Of a DNA stretch of 61,178 nucleotides, positions 53,258 through 61,178 are shown piece after piece. The position numbers and the translations under genes are program-made. Under the pieces are notes generated by a model. It was not told the origin of the DNA and did no database searches. It saw nothing but the letters and a program-made list of their open reading frames with translations. Source of the stretch: Acidimicrobiales bacterium (GTDB lineage: Bacteria; Actinomycetota; Acidimicrobiia; Acidimicrobiales; SZUA-35); assembly GCA_038212405.1 (NCBI GenBank), contig JBBQUN010000002.1, positions 1 to 61,178 on the forward strand, in the 5' to 3' direction. Each line of letters starts with the position of its first letter. The stretch's first letter is position 1.

Positions 53258-53440
53258 ATGAGATGGTGGCCACAGACAAACGGCGAGGCCGAGCGGTTCA
53301 TCCGGACTCTGCACGAGGAGTGCGCCTGCGCGAAGGCGTTTCTGTCAGACGATGAACGCTTTGCAGCGCGAGACGAGTTACTTCGTCTCTGCGATCATCG
53401 TCGGCATTCCACCTTTATCCGCAGCCGCCAGCGAGCAGAG
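53258..53440 (+). mobile_element. Remnant of a DDE transposase (rve integrase core C-terminus, IS481/IS3-like)
   Basis: MRWWPQTNGEAERFIRTLHEECACAKAFLSDDERFAARDELLRLCDHRRHSTF matches the conserved P.TNGK.ERF..TL..E......S..ER...L..W...YN..RPH block. No upstream catalytic region or terminal repeats are visible. Confidence 0.55.
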
Positions 53441-53529
53441 TGGATCAACCCTGTGCCAATTCATCGAGAGCGGGTCGTACTCGAGGAGTTGAGCCGCGTC
53501 ACCGCCAAACCCTGGTGACGACCCCACCA

Positions 53530-54717
53530 CTACGGCGGGTTCGTGATCGCTGACTCGTAGATCTCGATATGGCGATCGACGACTCGTTCGTGGCGGAACG
53601 AGCCGTCATAAGCGGCTCGTGCTGCCCGGCGACGTACCGCCGAATCGGTCGGCAACTCTTGCGCCAAGGCCTCGGCCAGACGGCGGAGATCGACGGCATC
53701 ACCGCTGCGAAAGACCTCACCGCCCCCGGTGCGGGCCCACTCGGCGAAGTCGCCGGCATCGCTCGCCAACACGGGCGTACCCGAAGCCAATGCCTCGATC
53801 CAGGTGAGCCCGAGTCCCTCGGGCCACTCGGACGGAAATACGAGGAACGCTGAGTCGGCAACGACTTGGAGAGCTTCATGGTGGGGTAGGCGCCCGAGGT
53901 GCTCGATGTTCGTATGCGCTCGTGTGGCACGCTGGACCTCGCCGGTGAGCGAGCCGTCGCCCACGATTACCAGTCTGACATCGGGTAGCCGGCCAAAGGC
54001 CTCGAGCATCGTGGCGATGCCCTTCTCCTTCTCGAGTCGGCCGACGAAACAGAACTGGTGCCGTCGGCTCGGTGCGGGATCACCCGGATCATCGACCGAG
54101 TGGGGGACGACGACGATGCGGTCGGGATCGATCCCCTCGGATTCGAGAATCGATTTGTGCATGTCGGTGAGGGCGATATGCGTGGTGATCCGCCGCGAGA
54201 ATGCCCCGCTCGCCCAGCCGACCGCCTGTCCCAGCGAAACTGCAGTGCTCCGGACGACCGACCCGTGATAGCAGCGATGGCGGATCCCGGGCGTACGCAG
54301 GGTGGACCCGACGCACATGTGGCAAGGTGCGTCGTCTCTCGTAAGCGTCCCGGCGATGCAGGACATACGGAACGCATGATGGGTCATCACCAAAGGGATT
54401 CCTTTGCGTTGCACCGCAATGATCACCGATGAGCTCAATAGGGGGAAGGGCGTGTGCAGGTGCACCACGTCGGGCTGGAACGCTGTGAGTTCGGCCTCGA
54501 GTGAACGGGCCGCGCTCCGGTTCCACACGGGTTGAGTCATCGCAGCGAGTCGTCCCCCCGGTTGCTGCGCGTCGAGCATGTCGACGGTGGACGGAGCCCA
54601 CAGGCCAACCTTCCACCCGGCGCCGGTCAGGAGTTTCGTCAATCGCTCGATCACCACGTCGGCCCCGCCGATCGCCGATTGGCGGTTGTGGACCATTAGA
54701 ACACGCAGGCCGGTCAT
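53530..54717 (-). CDS. GT4-family glycosyltransferase
   Basis: 395 aa. LRVLMVHNRQSAIGGADVVIERL, VVHLHTPFPLLS, FLVFPSEWPEGLGLTWIEALASGTPVLASD. Confidence 0.8.
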   Translation of the reverse strand: MTGLRVLMVHNRQSAIGGADVVIERLTKLLTGAGWKVGLWAPSTVDMLDAQQPGGRLAAMTQPVWNRSAARSLEAELTAFQPDVVHLHTPFPLLSSSVIIAVQRKGIPLVMTHHAFRMSCIAGTLTRDDAPCHMCVGSTLRTPGIRHRCYHGSVVRSTAVSLGQAVGWASGAFSRRITTHIALTDMHKSILESEGIDPDRIVVVPHSVDDPGDPAPSRRHQFCFVGRLEKEKGIATMLEAFGRLPDVRLVIVGDGSLTGEVQRATRAHTNIEHLGRLPHHEALQVVADSAFLVFPSEWPEGLGLTWIEALASGTPVLASDAGDFAEWARTGGGEVFRSGDAVDLRRLAEALAQELPTDSAVRRRAARAAYDGSFRHERVVDRHIEIYESAITNPP

Positions 54718-56009
54718 CGTCGTAGGGGTCCCAATCGGAAGATGTCGGCACGAACGCCGAGCTTGGTCTTGACAGTGAGGGCCAGGGCGAGACTGGAAGT
54801 GGCGGCGACGATCGTGTTTGCTGCCGCGACCCCGATGCCGCCGAACTCGTTCCCAAGAATGAAGCCCAGCGGGATGAAGCTGATGAATGCGCCGATGTTC
54901 ACCGTGACAGCGGCTCGGGCTGAACCATCGGAGTTCAGGACGAATCCGGCGATACCCGTTGTGGAATTGCTCGCGAACCCGAGGGCAAGGACGACCAGGA
55001 TGGCGAACCCGTCACGAAACGCCGGGCTGCCGAACACGGTTTCGAGCAGCCAGCCACCGAGTGCGGCGTTCAGCGACACGAGCACCACAGCGGGAGCGGC
55101 CGAAACGAAAGCAGCACGCCACAGGAGGTTGTCGAGCGCCTGGCGGTCGTGGGCTTTGAGCAGTGCCGACGCCTCTCGGGCGTGGGCCAATGAGCTCACC
55201 TGAAGGAAGAACGTGCTTTGCATGGCGAGGAGCCGAGCCGCGCTGTAAGCGGCGAATTCACTGGGGTCGAGAAGCCAGCCGGCCACGGCGATGTCGACGA
55301 ATTGCATCAGCTGCGAGACCAGTTGACTGGCCCACAACCATCGGCTCCGAAGGAACAACACGAGGAAGGACTGAGACGCGGGGCGGATCACGAAATCGCG
55401 GCGGCGTCGCATCGTCGCCGCCATGCCGATGCTCGCGATCACGACGAATGAGGTCAGCACGGCGCCGAGGCTGCGCTGCAGGTTCCAGTCGACCGGTGCG
55501 AACAACATCATGCTCGCAAGCAGCAGAGCCGCTGGCCCGCCCATGCGCCCGGTGAGAGCCTCGGCCGTCACGACGTGACCGTCGGCGCGGGCTGCGTCGC
55601 CGAGAAAAGTGATGACGGCCCCCGCCACGCCGGACAGGCCGAGTACGGCGGCGGCCGTGCCATTTTTGGTCTGCAGGGCGAAGTAGCCACCGGCAGCGAG
55701 GGCGATGATCGTCGCGAATCCCGTGACCAACCCAAGACGGGACCGGTAGTCACCGACCGCAGCCTCGAAGCTTGCATCCGCGAGCGCCAGCCGTCCCTGT
55801 CCCGCAGAACCCACCACCGCCGCCAGGCCAATGATGGCCAGCGCCAAGTTGAACTCGCCGAATTCCTCGATCGACATCCGCCGGCCAGCGAGGGCACTCA
55901 GCCCGATGACGAGCAGGCTTTGCGCCACGCGGCCGGAGGCGGCGACCAGCAAGGAGCGATGGGATCGGACGAGTGAACGCCCTCGCCCGTCCGTCGACAT
56001 CACCTTCAT
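54714..56009 (-). CDS. Wzx-like flippase (MOP superfamily), copy 2
   Basis: 431 aa, polytopic. N-terminus LLVAASGRVAQSLLVIGLSALAGRRMSIEEFGEFNLALAI. ATGA-type overlaps with both neighbouring genes. Confidence 0.6.
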   Translation of the reverse strand: MKVMSTDGRGRSLVRSHRSLLVAASGRVAQSLLVIGLSALAGRRMSIEEFGEFNLALAIIGLAAVVGSAGQGRLALADASFEAAVGDYRSRLGLVTGFATIIALAAGGYFALQTKNGTAAAVLGLSGVAGAVITFLGDAARADGHVVTAEALTGRMGGPAALLLASMMLFAPVDWNLQRSLGAVLTSFVVIASIGMAATMRRRRDFVIRPASQSFLVLFLRSRWLWASQLVSQLMQFVDIAVAGWLLDPSEFAAYSAARLLAMQSTFFLQVSSLAHAREASALLKAHDRQALDNLLWRAAFVSAAPAVVLVSLNAALGGWLLETVFGSPAFRDGFAILVVLALGFASNSTTGIAGFVLNSDGSARAAVTVNIGAFISFIPLGFILGNEFGGIGVAAANTIVAATSSLALALTVKTKLGVRADIFRLGPLRR

Positions 56010-56947
56010 ACGAGGTCGCCCGATGGCATCACTCCGGCGGCATCGATCTTTCCCATGAGGTCGAGCTCGCGCTCGAACGACGACCGCAAGTGGTTGCGTG
56101 TTTCTGCAGAAGCCGAGGCATCGGCCAGGTTCATACCGCGAATGCGGTCACGGACGTGCAGGGGGAGCGCCTGCTTCACCAGCTTCTGCACTGGTGCTAG
56201 TTGCGCGGCCCCGGCGATCGCCCGTTGCACGATGGCCGACCGGGGCGCACCCGACGCATTCAGTTTCCGGTTCGTAGTGAAGGTCGCCGCCGGTAGGTGC
56301 ATCCACTCGCAGATCTGGTTCATCACGAATTCGGGTTCAGCGGTGAGCCGCCGAAACGACACGCAGAGCAGGCGGTCGCCGAGGTGGCCGACCCCGAATG
56401 CTTGGTGAAAGGCGTCGAGCTGTGTTCCGTACCGGCTCATGGCCTCGTAGTGCCACAGGTGCTGCCATCCGTCGGTGATGCGCTGCGGCTCCTCAGCCAG
56501 TGCCAGCTCGAACGTGCTGGCCGTCTCGAATCCCCGGTTGGACAAGTAGGTGTAGGCGCTGTGGGCCCGATCCACGGGATCGCGTAGTACGGCGACGAGG
56601 CGCACATCATCGGTGCAGTACTGCCGGATGCGCCGGATCGACCGCTCGTGGAAGTACATCGTCGACACCGACGACTCGAGGACGAACAGCTCGGGTCCCT
56701 CACCCAGCGACGCCCACCACTCCGCAGGCGTCCGGCGCATTTCGCGGCCGATCGTCGAGGCATCACCCGGACCCGTCGGTGCGAAGTCGTGCTCGCCGAG
56801 CCCAAGAAAATGCGTCTCCTTCGGAACCGACAACCGCACCTGTGGGTGCTGGCCCAGCAGATCGGCGAGGTAGGTGGAACCGGCGCGAGCGGCGCCGATG
56901 ATCAGTACGTTTGGTTGCGTCACGCGTATCCGTTCAGGATCGTCCAT
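56006..56947 (-). CDS. PAPS-dependent sulfotransferase
   Basis: 313 aa. The 5'-PSB-like loop is VLIIGAARAGSTYLADLL and the 3'-PB-like motif is VAVLRDPVDRAHSAYTY. Confidence 0.75.
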   Translation of the reverse strand: MDDPERIRVTQPNVLIIGAARAGSTYLADLLGQHPQVRLSVPKETHFLGLGEHDFAPTGPGDASTIGREMRRTPAEWWASLGEGPELFVLESSVSTMYFHERSIRRIRQYCTDDVRLVAVLRDPVDRAHSAYTYLSNRGFETASTFELALAEEPQRITDGWQHLWHYEAMSRYGTQLDAFHQAFGVGHLGDRLLCVSFRRLTAEPEFVMNQICEWMHLPAATFTTNRKLNASGAPRSAIVQRAIAGAAQLAPVQKLVKQALPLHVRDRIRGMNLADASASAETRNHLRSSFERELDLMGKIDAAGVMPSGDLV

Positions 56948-56953
56948 CGGATG

Positions 56954-58378
56954 TCAAGCGCCTCGCTCAGAAGCCTGAGGGCGATGTCGATCTGCCAAGT
57001 CGACGAGGTCGTCGAGGAGCGAGCTCGTGACGACGCGGGCATCGAACACGTCGAGGAAGCGCTGCCTTGCAGCGCGACCCATGGCGATTCGGCGGGCGTC
57101 GTCGGTCAGCAGGCCCCGGCAGTGCTCGACGAAGTCGTCCATCGAATCGGCGACGTAGCCCGTGACCCCGTCGTCGATCACCTCGTTGGCGCCGCCGGGG
57201 CATCTCGTCATGACGGTCGGAATGGCCACCGCAGACGCCTCGATGCCGACGATGGACGAGTGATCGAACCGCGTGGGGTGGACCAGGAGGTCCATCTGCG
57301 GCAGCAGTTCCTCGACGAGTTGGCGATTGTCGACCGCTCCGTGGACGTAGACCGACTCGTGTGCGATGGCCGGGGCGTTTGCCGACACGATGTGGAGGTC
57401 ACATATGTCTCGGAGCTCGGCGAGGTAGTGCTCGAGTAACCGGTCTCCGCCCTTGCGATGCCAGTCGGTGCCAATGAAAATGATCTGGCGTCGATTACGG
57501 GAGTTGCGCAGGACCGACGTACGTTCCACTGTCTCCTCGTTGGGTCCATAGACGTTGAAGGGACGTATGGAGATGGAGCTCGGCCGGAGGTCGTACTCTT
57601 GGAGAGCGGCGTTGCGGGCCCATTCACTGGTTGCCCCCAGCAGCGATGCCGATTCGAAAATGGAACGCTCGGCGCGAAGTTTGCGCTGTCGTTCGGAGTC
57701 CATTCCGTGGATATCGATGGCTTGAGAGGCGGTCCCATCGAACATGATGGACAACGGGAGATGCCCGAGGTACCGCATCGCACCCATTGCGACCAGGTGT
57801 CCAGCAGCATGGACCACTTCGACGCCGCCGTCGTTCTGGAGCGCTCGACCAACTCGGCGGCTCTCCCGCGCCAAATTGATGCGCCGGAGCGGCACCCTCA
57901 AACGGGGACTGGATACCGTGCGCATGACCCCGCCCCCCTGGGTGACGTGAAGCCGTGCTAGGACATCTGGGCGTTCGGCGAGCGCGCGAACGACGGTCGA
58001 AACGTTCGTCGACCAGCCGAGCTGGCCGCGTAAAAGGAACGCGACCCTGGCTGTGCGATCAGAAATTGTCCGGTCCAAGATCTCGTAACCCCGCAATTGA
58101 CTCGTCTGACGACTGTAGGTGCCCACCACCAGCCATCGCGATGGGTAGATCGACCAGCGTTGGGCCGAATGGGTGATGAGTGCTTGTCGAAGCACGCACA
58201 ACGCCGGGCGGCGACCAGTCGGGTCGGCCGGGACGAGCAGGGTGGGGATCCGGTAGTTACGGAACGAGTCGGACCCGAACGCGACACGCTTGACCCTCTT
58301 GTTCAGATGATCGCGCCCCGGGTCGGGCAATTCGAAATGTGCGCCGGATGCCATGCCGCCGAGGGTCTCGTTCTGCAC
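56954..58378 (-). CDS. Glycosyltransferase (GT-B, GT4-like C-terminal domain) with a non-canonical N-terminal region
   Basis: Up to 474 aa. The C-terminal domain reads IIFIGTDWHRKGGDRLL..LLVHPTRFDHSSIVGIEASAVAIPTVMTRCPGGANEVIDDGVTGY. The start is uncertain. Confidence 0.65.
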   Translation of the reverse strand: MQNETLGGMASGAHFELPDPGRDHLNKRVKRVAFGSDSFRNYRIPTLLVPADPTGRRPALCVLRQALITHSAQRWSIYPSRWLVVGTYSRQTSQLRGYEILDRTISDRTARVAFLLRGQLGWSTNVSTVVRALAERPDVLARLHVTQGGGVMRTVSSPRLRVPLRRINLARESRRVGRALQNDGGVEVVHAAGHLVAMGAMRYLGHLPLSIMFDGTASQAIDIHGMDSERQRKLRAERSIFESASLLGATSEWARNAALQEYDLRPSSISIRPFNVYGPNEETVERTSVLRNSRNRRQIIFIGTDWHRKGGDRLLEHYLAELRDICDLHIVSANAPAIAHESVYVHGAVDNRQLVEELLPQMDLLVHPTRFDHSSIVGIEASAVAIPTVMTRCPGGANEVIDDGVTGYVADSMDDFVEHCRGLLTDDARRIAMGRAARQRFLDVFDARVVTSSLLDDLVDLADRHRPQASERGA

Positions 58379-58572
58379 TCGGGCGACGGACTTCGTCGAG
58401 TCGCTGGTTGGCGAGCTTCAACAGATGAAACGCTCGGCGGTGTGAGCGACTCGACATGGCTACCGAGGTCCATGCTCAATCAGGTCCACGCTCAATTGGT
58501 GGTACGACACCGTTGACTCGTCCCTGGACTGAACCTAACGTGCGCTCCGTGCGGTCGGAACGAGGCGGAAAA

Positions 58573-61178
58573 ATGAGAACAGGGCTGTTTTCGATGTGGG
58601 CAAAGGACGACGTTCGAGAGTCCTTCGGAGCCCGAGGAACACTTTGGCCCGAAGCTCCAAGTGGTGGGGTGGCAATTCGACCTTGGGTTGCCTTCGTGGC
58701 AACGCTCGTCGCCGCGGCCATGCTCGTCGCAATCCCGGTCCGGCCGGCGGCGGCGGCCGAATCGGTGTCGTTCGGGTCGAGCGGGTTGACGGGAACCTCG
58801 CTGTTCCGGCCAACATCGCTCCAGTGGGGACCGGATGACCGTCTCTACGTGGCTCAGCAGGACGGCACCATCCAGATCTACTCCGTCCAGCGAAACGGCG
58901 CCAACGACTACTCGGTAACCAACTCCGAGGTCATCACTTCCGTCAAGCAGATGGCCAACTACAACGACGACGGCTCGCTGGTAAACCTCGGCAAGCGGCA
59001 GGTGACGGGCATCTACGTCACCGGCACCGCAACCCAGCCCGAGATCTACGTGGCCTCGAGCGATCCCCGCATCGGTGGAGGCGCTGCCGCCAACGACACC
59101 AACCTCGACACCAACTCGGGGATATTGTCGGTGCTCACCAAGACTGCCGGCGGCTGGACCAAGACCGACCTCATCCGGGGCCTACCCCGCAACGAGGAGA
59201 ACCACGCCAGCAATGGAATCGTCATCGACGGCACCACTCTTTACCTCGCACAGGGTGGCCACACCAACATGGGTGGCACTTCGAACAATTTCGCGTTCCA
59301 GCAGGAGTACGCCCTCTCCGCCGCGATCTTGGCCATCGACCTCTCGTCCATCACCTCACCGCCCTACGACCTGCCTACGCTCGACGACCCAGGTCGTGCC
59401 GGCGTCGCCGACGCCAACGATCCCTTCGGTGGTAACAACGGGTTGAACCAGGCGATCCTCGACCCCAACGGCCCCGTGCAGATCTACTCGCCAGGCTATC
59501 GCAACGCCTACGACGTGATCATCACCGAGTCGGGCCGGATGTACACGTTCGACAACGGCTCCAATGCCGGCTGGGGTGACATCCCGATCGGGAACGGGCC
59601 TGACGGCCTGTGCACCGCCGAGATCAGCGAGCCGGGGGTGACCCACCCCGACAGCCTGCACCTGGTGACCGGACCCGGCTACTACGCCGGGCACCCGAAC
59701 CCGACCCGCGGCAACCAGGCGAACACGTTCAACGGTGTCTCTCCTGTTCCCGCAGCGAACCCCGTGGAGTGCGACTACCGGACACCCGGTGTCGACAACG
59801 GCGCACTCATGACGATCAACTCATCGACCAACGGGCTTGCTGAGTACACCGCCTCGAATTTCGGTGGTGCCATGAAAGGCGACATCCTCGCCGCGGCATG
59901 GAGCGGCTGGGTGCACCGCATCAAGCTGAATGCTTCCGGCGACGCCGTCATCTTCGACGAGAAACTCTTCTCGAACTTCGGCATCAAGCCCCTCGACGTG
60001 GTGGCCCAAGGCGACAACGATCCCTTCCCGGGAACGGTCTGGGCAGCCGTCTACGGCGCACAGACGTTCGAACCCGCCATCCAGATCTTCGAACCGAGTG
60101 ACTTCGGCGGCGCCACCGGCCCCACCTGCACCGGAGCCGATGATGCCAGCCTCGACGAGGACGGCGACTTCTACGACAACGCCGACGAAATCCTCAACGG
60201 TACGAATCCGTGCTCGGCCGCCGACCAACCGCCCGACAACGATGGCGACTTCGAGTCCGATCTCGTCGATGCCGACGACGACAACGACGGCCTCGCCGAC
60301 ACTGTCGATCGCTTTGCCGTCGACCCTGCCAACGGCACCACGACCCGCCTCCCCGTCTCCTACACCTGGGACAATGACGCCGCCAACCCCGGCGGTCTGC
60401 TCGAACTCGGATTCACCGGGCTCATGACCAATGGTGTCGACGACTACCTGAACCTCTTCGATCCCGGCAACATGACCGGTGGTGGCGCTGCGGGTGTCAC
60501 CACCGTCGACATCGTGCCGACCGGTGATGCGATCGGGGCACAGAACGACCAGCAGTACGGGTTCCAGTTCGGCGTCGACCCCGGCAACAACGACATCTTC
60601 ACTGCTCATACGGTCATCCAGGCGCCGTTCGCCGGGGTGCCGTCGCTGGCCGGTCAGTCGATGGGTCTTTTCATCGGTACCGGTGACCAGGACGACTACG
60701 TGAAGATCGTGACGTCCGCCGCCAACGGTGGAGCCATCGTGGCGCAGATCGAAACAGGCGGCATCGCCGCCACCCCGATCTCGGCTCCGGTGGCACTGCC
60801 CGGTCCATCGAGGGTCGACCTGTATCTCACCGTCGATCGGACTGCTTCGACCGTGGTGGCGAATTACTCCATCGACGGCGGCCAGTTGATTCCGGTGGGA
60901 ACCCCCCAATCGGTGCCCGCCTCTTGGTTCGACGGTCCCGAGGCCGTTGCCGTCGGCGTCATCTCCACCGCAGGTCCCGACGGAGCGTCGTTCCCGGCGA
61001 CCTGGGGACTCATCGAGGCGCAACCGGGGTTCCCGACCCCGCCCGTGCCGGGTGAGGTGTTGTATCGGGTGAATGCTGGTGGTGCGGCGCTGGGTTCGTT
61101 GGATGCTGATATGGGCTGGTCGGCGGATCTGAAGGGTTCGCCGTCGCCGTATGTGAACGCGGCTGCGACGGGTGACAA
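58573..61178 (+). CDS. Large secreted protein, 5' partial: signal peptide, GSDH-like beta-propeller, TSP3-like Asp-rich calcium repeats, start of a malectin-like domain
   Basis: Not in the track because it runs off the right edge. ATG 58573. Signal peptide VAFVATLVAAAMLVAIPVRPAAAAES. The propeller-like region has PTSLQWGPDDRLYVAQQDGTIQIY, NHASNGIVIDG, GYRNAYDVIITESGRMYTFDNG. The Asp repeats read DEDGDFYDNAD and DNDGDFESDLVDADDDNDGLADTVD. The final segment VLYRVNAGGAALGS..W.AD resembles a malectin domain start. Confidence 0.7.
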   Translation, partial: MRTGLFSMWAKDDVRESFGARGTLWPEAPSGGVAIRPWVAFVATLVAAAMLVAIPVRPAAAAESVSFGSSGLTGTSLFRPTSLQWGPDDRLYVAQQDGTIQIYSVQRNGANDYSVTNSEVITSVKQMANYNDDGSLVNLGKRQVTGIYVTGTATQPEIYVASSDPRIGGGAAANDTNLDTNSGILSVLTKTAGGWTKTDLIRGLPRNEENHASNGIVIDGTTLYLAQGGHTNMGGTSNNFAFQQEYALSAAILAIDLSSITSPPYDLPTLDDPGRAGVADANDPFGGNNGLNQAILDPNGPVQIYSPGYRNAYDVIITESGRMYTFDNGSNAGWGDIPIGNGPDGLCTAEISEPGVTHPDSLHLVTGPGYYAGHPNPTRGNQANTFNGVSPVPAANPVECDYRTPGVDNGALMTINSSTNGLAEYTASNFGGAMKGDILAAAWSGWVHRIKLNASGDAVIFDEKLFSNFGIKPLDVVAQGDNDPFPGTVWAAVYGAQTFEPAIQIFEPSDFGGATGPTCTGADDASLDEDGDFYDNADEILNGTNPCSAADQPPDNDGDFESDLVDADDDNDGLADTVDRFAVDPANGTTTRLPVSYTWDNDAANPGGLLELGFTGLMTNGVDDYLNLFDPGNMTGGGAAGVTTVDIVPTGDAIGAQNDQQYGFQFGVDPGNNDIFTAHTVIQAPFAGVPSLAGQSMGLFIGTGDQDDYVKIVTSAANGGAIVAQIETGGIAATPISAPVALPGPSRVDLYLTVDRTASTVVANYSIDGGQLIPVGTPQSVPASWFDGPEAVAVGVISTAGPDGASFPATWGLIEAQPGFPTPPVPGEVLYRVNAGGAALGSLDADMGWSADLKGSPSPYVNAAATGD

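Overview
The DNA is high-GC with strong G/C third-position bias and looks actinobacterial; that taxon call is inference only. I saw no rRNA, tRNA or CRISPR array.

**Part 1, nt 1-20.9 kb: a composite lasso-peptide (RiPP) supercluster.**
- Two small precursor genes are missing or mis-started in the ORF track (149-319 and 13124-13279). Both carry the lasso leader motif YxxPx[LI]xxxGxxxxxTx.
- Core enzymes: one Asn-synthetase-like cyclase and two transglutaminase-like B2 proteases.
- There are five stand-alone PqqD/RRE proteins. Five of them overlap a neighbouring enzyme gene.
- Tailoring genes: three HPr-kinase-like kinases, three NTP_transf_5 nucleotidyltransferases, a PRMT-like methyltransferase with a PqqD-like tail, and a GNAT.
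- Also present: two ABC exporters, an HTTM/SdpB-like plus SdpA-like pair, a Tat-signal Cys-containing secreted protein, and several unknown proteins.

**Part 2, nt 20.9-58.4 kb: two back-to-back Wzx/Wzy-type polysaccharide loci.**
- Locus A has a PglF/E/D/C-like set for a diacetamido-trideoxyhexose, GT4 glycosyltransferases, a heparinase II/III-like protein, a bi-domain oxidoreductase and an A/T-rich wzx/wzy core.
- Locus B has two Wzz/BY-kinase genes, a phosphoglycosyltransferase-GT4 fusion, a second wzx and wzy, GT4s and a sulfotransferase.
- A 1072-aa SARP/AAA/TPR-type regulator separates the two loci.
- Decay scars are scattered through both: a wecB fragment, a frameshifted GT4, an acyl-CoA dehydrogenase remnant, a transposase remnant and a 22-bp tandem duplication.

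**Part 3, nt 58.6 kb to the end:** the 5' part of a large secreted propeller/TSP3/malectin-like protein.

**Most interesting observation.** The RiPP tailoring genes are modular, and each enzyme is paired with its own RRE. They also run, via an ATGA start/stop overlap at 20888-20891, directly into the sugar-pathway operon. This suggests a heavily decorated, possibly phospho-glycosylated, lasso-type product. All functional calls come from motif recognition by eye; no database search was run.
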